Below are positions 58,617 to 64,000 of a stretch of DNA of 64,000 nt, one piece after another. Below the pieces are notes generated by a model. The model was not told the origin of the DNA, searched no databases, and saw only the letters and a list, made by a program, of their open reading frames with translations. Within the stretch, counting starts at the first letter, position 1. Every line of letters starts with the position of its first letter. This DNA is from Bacillales bacterium (lineage in GTDB: Bacteria > Bacillota_I > Bacilli_A > RF39 > UBA660), in assembly GCA_016282375.1 (NCBI GenBank), contig JAEEKI010000012.1, positions 6,254 to 70,253 on the forward strand, in the 5' to 3' direction. Both the position numbers and the translations under genes were made by a program.

Positions 58617-60707
58617 TTACACCTTCCTTATACCTTTATAATTTTTCAAAATCTTTTTTGTACCTATCCGATGATTAAATGCAATGGTAATAAAGCGATC
58701 ATCAATATCTAAAATGACTCCTTTACCATACGTAATATGCATTACAATATCACCTTTTCTAAACTTAGAACTACTTGAACCATCCTCATCATATAAAATA
58801 CTCTTATTTACTTTATTAGTTTCTAATTTTTGATTTTCCACATCAAGTAATTCCGAATTAATCTCACTAATAAACCTACTTGGGGGATTCATAGTTAAGC
58901 GACCAAAGAGCATTCTTTTCTGAGCATTTAGAAAATACAATTTTTCTTTAGCCCTTGTTATAGCCACATACATAAGTCGTCTTTCTTCTTCTAACTCTGA
59001 TTCTTCATACAAACTATTAACATGCGGTAAGATATTTTCTTCAAGGCCAATAATAAAGACTACTTTAAACTCTAAACCTTTGGCACTATGAATCGTCATT
59101 AAGGTTACGGCATCGCCATCTTCAGAATAATCAGCAGCATCCGCTACTAGGCTTACTTCCTCTAAGAAATCATTTAAGTTAACACTTCCGGTTACTTTTT
59201 CATAGTTTTCGGTAACACTCTTAAATTCCATTAAGTTTTCTAAACGTAAATCACTTTCTAAAGTTTTATCCTTCTCCAATAATTCTTTAATCTTAGTCTT
59301 CACTAAAACATCATCAATTAATTCCGTCAAGGACATTTTTTCACTATCTTCAGTTAACTCTAAAATTAAATTTTTAAATTCTAGTTCTCTTCCTGAAGTA
59401 ATACTATTAAACATGGATGTATTACCAGCAATAGCTAAGTTTTCTAAATTATCAATCGTTTTTTCCCCAATTTTTCTTTTTGGTTCATTAATAATTCTTT
59501 TTAGAGATATATCATCATCATGATTAGCAATTAACTTTAAATAAGCAAGTAAGTCCTTAATTTCTTTTCTCTTATAGAAATAATAACTTCCATAAACTTT
59601 ATATGGAATGTTTTCTTTAACCATTTTATCTTCGATAGCCCGTGATTGAGCATTAGTTCGATAAAAAATAGCCATATCCTTTTTTTGATAACCATCCGCA
59701 AGTAAATTTCGAATCTCACTAACTACTTTAGATACTTCGGCTTCATCATTAAATAAACGATAATACTTAATCTTAACACCCTCGCCTAAGTCACTAAATA
59801 AATCAATATCTTTCCGTTCTTTGTTATTCTTAATAACATCATTGGCAGCTTGTAAAATAGTTTGGGTACTACGATAATTTTGAGGTAACTTAATAACATT
59901 ACAATCTGGATAATCTTTTTCAAAATTTAGAATATTTTGGAAATTAGCTCCGCGGAAAGCGTAAATAGATTGTGATGGATCACCTACTACAAATAAGTTA
60001 CGATACTTCTTAGCAAGTAATCTTACCATTTTATATTGTACTTCATTAGTATCTTGATACTCATCAATCAAAATATATGGATAATGATCTTGATATTTTT
60101 CTAATATATTCGGATTCTTAGTAAATAATTCAACTGGTTTTTTTAATAAATCATCAAAATCAATCGTATTATTTCTCTTTAATATCTTTTCATACTCAAA
60201 ATATACTCTTGTGGCAATTTTTTCCGGCGGAGATGTTAAAAACTTTTCTATTTCAACATCGGAAAGCATATTATTCTTTATGAAGGATATTTTATTTCTT
60301 ATAAAAGATGGCGAATATTCCTTTGAATCAATATTTAAATCTTTTAAGATTTTTTTGATAACACTATTTACATCTTCTGTATCTATAATTGTAAAGTTAC
60401 TAGACAAAGAAAGACTTTCTGTATTTTCTTTTATAATCTTTAAACCAAAAGAATGAAATGTTCCTACAAAAGCACTATGAGAACCAATTAAGTTTTCGAC
60501 TCTTTGACGCATTTCATTCGCAGCTTTATTGGTAAATGTTATAGCTAAAATGTTGCTAGACCTAACCCCTTTTTCAATTAAATTAGCTATTCTAGTGGTT
60601 AAAACTTTGGTTTTTCCTGAACCTGCTCCTGCTACTACTAAACATGGTCCCTCTATATGTTCTACGGCTTCTAATTGATTTTTATTTAAACTATCTAAGT
60701 AACTCAT
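58617..60707 (-). CDS. pcrA: ATP-dependent DNA helicase PcrA/UvrD
   Basis: LNKNQLEAV, AGAGSGKTKVLT, ILIDEYQDTN, VGDPSQSIYAFRGA, TIHSAKGLEF, YVAITRAK. pcrA...ligA synteny. Confidence 0.95.
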   Translation of the reverse strand: MSYLDSLNKNQLEAVEHIEGPCLVVAGAGSGKTKVLTTRIANLIEKGVRSSNILAITFTNKAANEMRQRVENLIGSHSAFVGTFHSFGLKIIKENTESLSLSSNFTIIDTEDVNSVIKKILKDLNIDSKEYSPSFIRNKISFIKNNMLSDVEIEKFLTSPPEKIATRVYFEYEKILKRNNTIDFDDLLKKPVELFTKNPNILEKYQDHYPYILIDEYQDTNEVQYKMVRLLAKKYRNLFVVGDPSQSIYAFRGANFQNILNFEKDYPDCNVIKLPQNYRSTQTILQAANDVIKNNKERKDIDLFSDLGEGVKIKYYRLFNDEAEVSKVVSEIRNLLADGYQKKDMAIFYRTNAQSRAIEDKMVKENIPYKVYGSYYFYKRKEIKDLLAYLKLIANHDDDISLKRIINEPKRKIGEKTIDNLENLAIAGNTSMFNSITSGRELEFKNLILELTEDSEKMSLTELIDDVLVKTKIKELLEKDKTLESDLRLENLMEFKSVTENYEKVTGSVNLNDFLEEVSLVADAADYSEDGDAVTLMTIHSAKGLEFKVVFIIGLEENILPHVNSLYEESELEEERRLMYVAITRAKEKLYFLNAQKRMLFGRLTMNPPSRFISEINSELLDVENQKLETNKVNKSILYDEDGSSSSKFRKGDIVMHITYGKGVILDIDDRFITIAFNHRIGTKKILKNYKGIRKV

Positions 60708-60827
60708 TATAACTCCTTATATGTCTTTATTATATCAAATATAAAGATATAAAAAAAGGAACTTTACAGTGCATTCTTGATTGAATAAAAACTAAAAATA
60801 TGATATTTTATTTCTGAGGTAAAAGTT

Positions 60828-61463
60828 ATGAAAAAATTATTTACATTTTTCTTAATATGTTGTGCTCTTGCAGGTGGATTTTTTATCGCCAAAAAGGTTA
60901 AAATTTCCATAGATGAAAAAAAGTATGTTGAAAAAGTTAAAAAAGGATGGTATCTAGAAGTCCTAGTTGATGAATTAAATGTTCGTGATGAAGCTAACCA
61001 ACATTCTCATCTCGTTGATTCTGTAAAAAAAGGTGAAGTATATGAAATACTTGACTATGAAATTAATAATTCTGGTAATTATTGGTATAAAATTAAATTA
61101 AGAAATACTGGAACTGGCTGGGTTGCTAATCCTAAAAAGGGAACTAAATATGTAGAAACCTTTAATGGAACTATTGATGTTGCTACTCCAACTATTAAAT
61201 TTAAAGAAAACGTCTATCATGTTATAAGCATTAAAGATATTAATTATGATCATTTAACCGCTTGGGATGATACAGATGATTATAAAATAACTCATGTTGT
61301 TTGCCACGAAGTAGATCCTACAAAAGATATTGATCAATACTGGATTAAATATACAATAACTGATGGTTCTGGTAAGTCATCTTCTAAAAAACAAAAGATT
61401 GTTTTTGAAAAACTGCCTAACGAAGATGCTGTTGTCGATTTTTATGATGAAAGCTGCGAATAG
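60828..61463 (+). CDS. Membrane-anchored SH3b-domain protein with an Ig-like (DUF5011-like) C-domain
   Basis: N-terminal TM helix. LNVRDEANQHSHLVDSVKKGEVYEIL...YWYKIKL..TGTGWV is SH3b-like. PTIKF...HLTAWDDTDDYKIT is DUF5011-like. Confidence 0.6.
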   Translation: MKKLFTFFLICCALAGGFFIAKKVKISIDEKKYVEKVKKGWYLEVLVDELNVRDEANQHSHLVDSVKKGEVYEILDYEINNSGNYWYKIKLRNTGTGWVANPKKGTKYVETFNGTIDVATPTIKFKENVYHVISIKDINYDHLTAWDDTDDYKITHVVCHEVDPTKDIDQYWIKYTITDGSGKSSSKKQKIVFEKLPNEDAVVDFYDESCE

Positions 61464-61587
61464 CAGTTTTTTTATGTAGCAAAAAGTAAGTATCTCTTAG
61501 TACAGTTTAAAACTTTTTAAAAAAATTTACTTCAAAAAAAAGGAAATTGAGAAAAAAAACTGTATATATAAGGGTGAAAGGAGGTAC

Positions 61588-62565
61588 ATGACTAAATTTT
61601 ATACTTCTAAGTATGATCGCGTTTTTAGAACTATCTTTGTCGATGATAATAACCTTCACCTACTCGAGGCTTTAATATCTACTTGTTTGAATAAAGATAT
61701 CAAAATAATTAAACTTTTGAAAACTGAGCTTAACGTTAATTCATCTAAAGAAAGAGTCAAAAGATTAGACTTAGTAATTGAAACAAATGGTGAAAAAATT
61801 AATTTAGAATTAAATACTAGTTTTAATGATGCTACAAGAATTAGAAATTTTAATTACTTTACGGCATTTTATAGTTCTAATGCTAAAATCGGTGAAATAT
61901 ACGATTACAAAACAAGTTTTATTCATCTAGATTTATCATACCAAATGGGTCTTAATAAACCGACATTTAATGAATATTATGTTCATAGTAAAGAATATGA
62001 TGATTTATATGTTAATAACTTTAAAATCATTGTCGTCAATATGGACAAGATTATGAAGTTTTGGTATGATAACGACAAGAAGTTAATTAAAAAATATGAT
62101 TTAATCATGATGCTTGACTTACTTCCCAATGATTTAAATAACTTAAGAGAAATAAGTCTTAATAAAGCAATCATAGATGAATACAAAAGTAAGGTGTGTA
62201 AATTGAATGAAGATTATGATTTTATAGCTCCGATATCAGCCGAAGAAGATTACGTACTACTTATGAATACAGAAAAACAAATGGCCATTGAAGAAGGATA
62301 CGCTGAAGGCTTTGAAAAAGGAAAAATGCAAGGAATACAGGCTGGCATTGATAAAGGTATCGAGCAAGGCATCGAAAAAGGTATCGAACAAGGTATCGAA
62401 CAAGGTATCGAACAAGGTATTGAGCAAGGTATTGAACAAGGAACCAAATTAAGAAATATTGAAATTGCTAAAAACTTGTTAAAGCAAAACATTGATATTT
62501 CCATCATAAGTAATGCAACAGGTCTTTCAATCGAAGAAATTAATGAAATAATCGAAGAAAAATAA
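61588..62565 (+). CDS. Rpn-family / PD-(D/E)XK nuclease-type putative transposase-like protein
   Basis: N-terminus YTSKYDRVFRTIF...RLDLVIETNGEKINLELN, with a C-terminal Gly-Ile-Glu-Gln repeat tract and helical tail. This is a typical layout for the family. Confidence 0.65.
   Translation: MTKFYTSKYDRVFRTIFVDDNNLHLLEALISTCLNKDIKIIKLLKTELNVNSSKERVKRLDLVIETNGEKINLELNTSFNDATRIRNFNYFTAFYSSNAKIGEIYDYKTSFIHLDLSYQMGLNKPTFNEYYVHSKEYDDLYVNNFKIIVVNMDKIMKFWYDNDKKLIKKYDLIMMLDLLPNDLNNLREISLNKAIIDEYKSKVCKLNEDYDFIAPISAEEDYVLLMNTEKQMAIEEGYAEGFEKGKMQGIQAGIDKGIEQGIEKGIEQGIEQGIEQGIEQGIEQGTKLRNIEIAKNLLKQNIDISIISNATGLSIEEINEIIEEK
62344..62439 (+). repeat. 12-bp in-frame tandem repeat, 8 units
   Basis: GGTATCGAACAA-type units encoding GIDK-GIEQ-GIEK-(GIEQ)5. 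Confidence 0.9.
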
Positions 62566-62599
62566 GATAGTTATATAATGCTATCTTTTTTCTTTTCAT

Positions 62600-62624
62600 A
62601 AAAAAAGCCTTGTTTCCAAGGCAT
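62600..62624 (-). terminator. Hairpin terminator after the CotY/Z-like gene
   Basis: Minus strand GCCTTG-GAAA-CAAGGC plus TTTTTTT. Confidence 0.7.
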
Positions 62625-62628
62625 CTAT

Positions 62629-63072
62629 TTAACAAACACAGTCAACATAACAGTCATTTAAACAGCGAATGCAACATAAGCAATCACAGTTCATTGTAAA
62701 TAGTGAATTTGTAGCTATATATGGATTTAAAGATGTTTCATCTGGATTGTCAGCTAGCACTCTAAATGTACAACAATTACCTTCGAGCTTCTCTACTCTA
62801 AAGACAGTAGAACAGTTATCACCGATAGCTTGTCCTGAACAATTAGTAGTTACATTTTTGGTTGTTGGCATACTCCAAGGAATACCGTTTGAGGAACAAG
62901 TATATAACATGACGGGTCTAGTGTTACAAACAAGGCAATTAGATCCTCCCCCTAACATTGGTCGATCACAAGAATCTAAAGAACTATCACAACACGCATT
63001 TTCTTGAAGAACAAAAATTACGGATAAGATTTCATTAATACAATTACCTGATCCATTTGTATTATTATTCAT
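62629..63072 (-). CDS. CotY/CotZ-family cysteine-rich spore coat/crust protein
   Basis: 147 aa with about 19 Cys. CINEILSVIFVLQ...C, NTRPVMLYT and FRVEKLEGNCCTFRVL match the CotZ/CotY pattern. Cys-dense C-terminus. Confidence 0.75.
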   Translation of the reverse strand: MNNNTNGSGNCINEILSVIFVLQENACCDSSLDSCDRPMLGGGSNCLVCNTRPVMLYTCSSNGIPWSMPTTKNVTTNCSGQAIGDNCSTVFRVEKLEGNCCTFRVLADNPDETSLNPYIATNSLFTMNCDCLCCIRCLNDCYVDCVC

Positions 63073-63164
63073 TTATTTCACCCTTTCTTTTGCTTTCATT
63101 ATAATTTATGAGAGATAAAATAAATCGTGCTATAATTTTTATGATTTTTATAGTATAATTATTT

Positions 63165-63494
63165 ATGGGTGATAAAATGAGCACAATAGTTACGTATTTA
63201 ATAATTGCATTTATTTTAATGATTATTGCTTTAGTAGTTTTAAAATTAAATAAGAAAGATTTTAACATCGAAGCCAATAAGTTAATAACATATCTTGGTG
63301 GTAAGGATAATATTATCAATGCCGAAGCTAACATGAGTCGATTTAAAGTTATTCTTAAAGATGTCTCTTTAGTAGATAAAGATGGTATTCAAAAACTAGG
63401 TGCTAAAGGAATTGTTGAAATTGATAACCAGTTAAAAATAATCTTTGGCAAAGATGCAAGAACATTAAAAAAGTATATTAGTCAAATTGTCTAA
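63165..63494 (+). CDS. Membrane-tethered PTS-EIIB-like domain protein lacking the phospho-Cys
   Basis: N-terminal TM helix. LGGKDNIINAEANMSRFKVILKD aligns to the EIIB motif GGkeNI...hCaTRLR..vkD, with Asn at the Cys position. Confidence 0.5.
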   Translation: MGDKMSTIVTYLIIAFILMIIALVVLKLNKKDFNIEANKLITYLGGKDNIINAEANMSRFKVILKDVSLVDKDGIQKLGAKGIVEIDNQLKIIFGKDARTLKKYISQIV

Positions 63495-63520
63495 TATACT
63501 TTTTTATTATAATTTATATA

Positions 63521-64000
63521 CTAATAATTCCAATCGCAGTTTGCCGTTCCATAAGGGGATAAAGCACAATAAAAATCTCTAACCCAATCTTGGCATTGAA
63601 TAAATCCCCTAAAAGAGACATTGCATGCTGTATTTTCATTTAGTAAACACATAGGAGCCTGTTCACTAGGATAGCAATCATTAATATCAATATCTACACC
63701 CGCATCGATAAACACTTGATAAAGGGCATATACTGCACTTTCTTGCTCTGCTTGAGTAAAATAGCACTGATAATCAAAACAACTTGTATGATTTTCAAGA
63801 CCATATTGATTATATGGTTGTGTTAAACATACTTCATGGCCTTCGCCATCATTAGCACATACATAGTATTTGTCTATGCCTTGGCCAACATATGCATTGC
63901 CATCTAAACTAAAGCCCGTTTCACTTAAGGTTCCCCCATAGTTTGGAAATTCATAATACGTCCCATCTGTAGTAACCCAATAGGCAGTTGGGCCTGGTTT
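63521..64000 (-). CDS. C-terminal 160 codons of a paralog-family protein carrying the Cys-rich C module (gene runs off the right edge)
   Basis: I translated 63716-64000 by hand. The frame stays open to the window end: ...YYVCANDGEGHEVCLTQPYNQYGLENHT...FTQAEQESAVYALYQVFIDAGVDIDINDC... The track ORF 63521-63715 is only its tail. Confidence 0.75.
   Translation of the reverse strand, partial: KPGPTAYWVTTDGTYYEFPNYGGTLSETGFSLDGNAYVGQGIDKYYVCANDGEGHEVCLTQPYNQYGLENHTSCFDYQCYFTQAEQESAVYALYQVFIDAGVDIDINDCYPSEQAPMCLLNENTACNVSFRGFIQCQDWVRDFYCALSPYGTANCDWNY

Noticed and set aside
62250-62507. 85-aa and 60-aa minus-strand ORFs (PCSIPCSIPCSI...) opposite the GIEQ repeats
   Set aside because: They are an artefact of the 12-bp repeat read on the opposite strand.
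61588-62565. Complete IS element or transposon
   Set aside because: It is a single ORF with no terminal inverted repeats or target duplications that I could see by eye. I treat it as a domesticated or solitary Rpn-type nuclease.
63065-63334. 89-aa minus-strand ORF overlapping the EIIB-like gene and the cotY/Z promoter region
   Set aside because: It is Ile/Lys/Asn-rich low complexity and lies antisense to a gene with a recognisable domain. It would have to be read through the CotY/Z-like start region.

Overview
This is a visibly AT-rich chromosomal segment that uses the standard genetic code. It almost certainly comes from an endospore-forming, low-GC member of the Bacillota: it carries a SpoIVFB-like M50 protease after mreC/mreD, cotJB/cotJC, and a CotY/CotZ-like cysteine-rich coat protein. 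The genus cannot be told from sequence alone. I call about 56 protein-coding genes, about 50 of them on the minus strand. I found no rRNA, tRNA or CRISPR by eye.

Housekeeping backbone: mreC-mreD-M23-M50, recD2, mtaB, rpsO-pnp, ruvA-ruvB-folD-glyA-thyX-(Tmk-like kinase), two flavoproteins, lysS, an Ala T-box leader controlling a dNMP-kinase-like gene plus a short alaS, and pcrA-(nucleotidyltransferase)-ligA.

Accessory content most worth follow-up:
1. A modular paralog family of secreted proteins, with 7 loci in 64 kb including a mosaic tandem pair. Their N-termini resemble SipW/TasA-type signal peptides.
2. A roughly 13-kb surface/secretion island between lysS and alaS. It holds a class-B-sortase-like gene with a long N-terminal extension and a VPETG substrate. 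It also holds a stripped-down type VIIb-like locus (EssC, EsaB, two WXG100 genes, DUF4176 and three orphan proteins) with no recognisable EssA/EssB/EsaA.
3. A two-gene operon encoding a 934-aa protein made of about 24 copies of a 25-residue CPxGY...C hairpin-like repeat, encoded by near-identical 75-bp units.

All calls come from reading the ORF translations and the DNA by eye. No database search was run.
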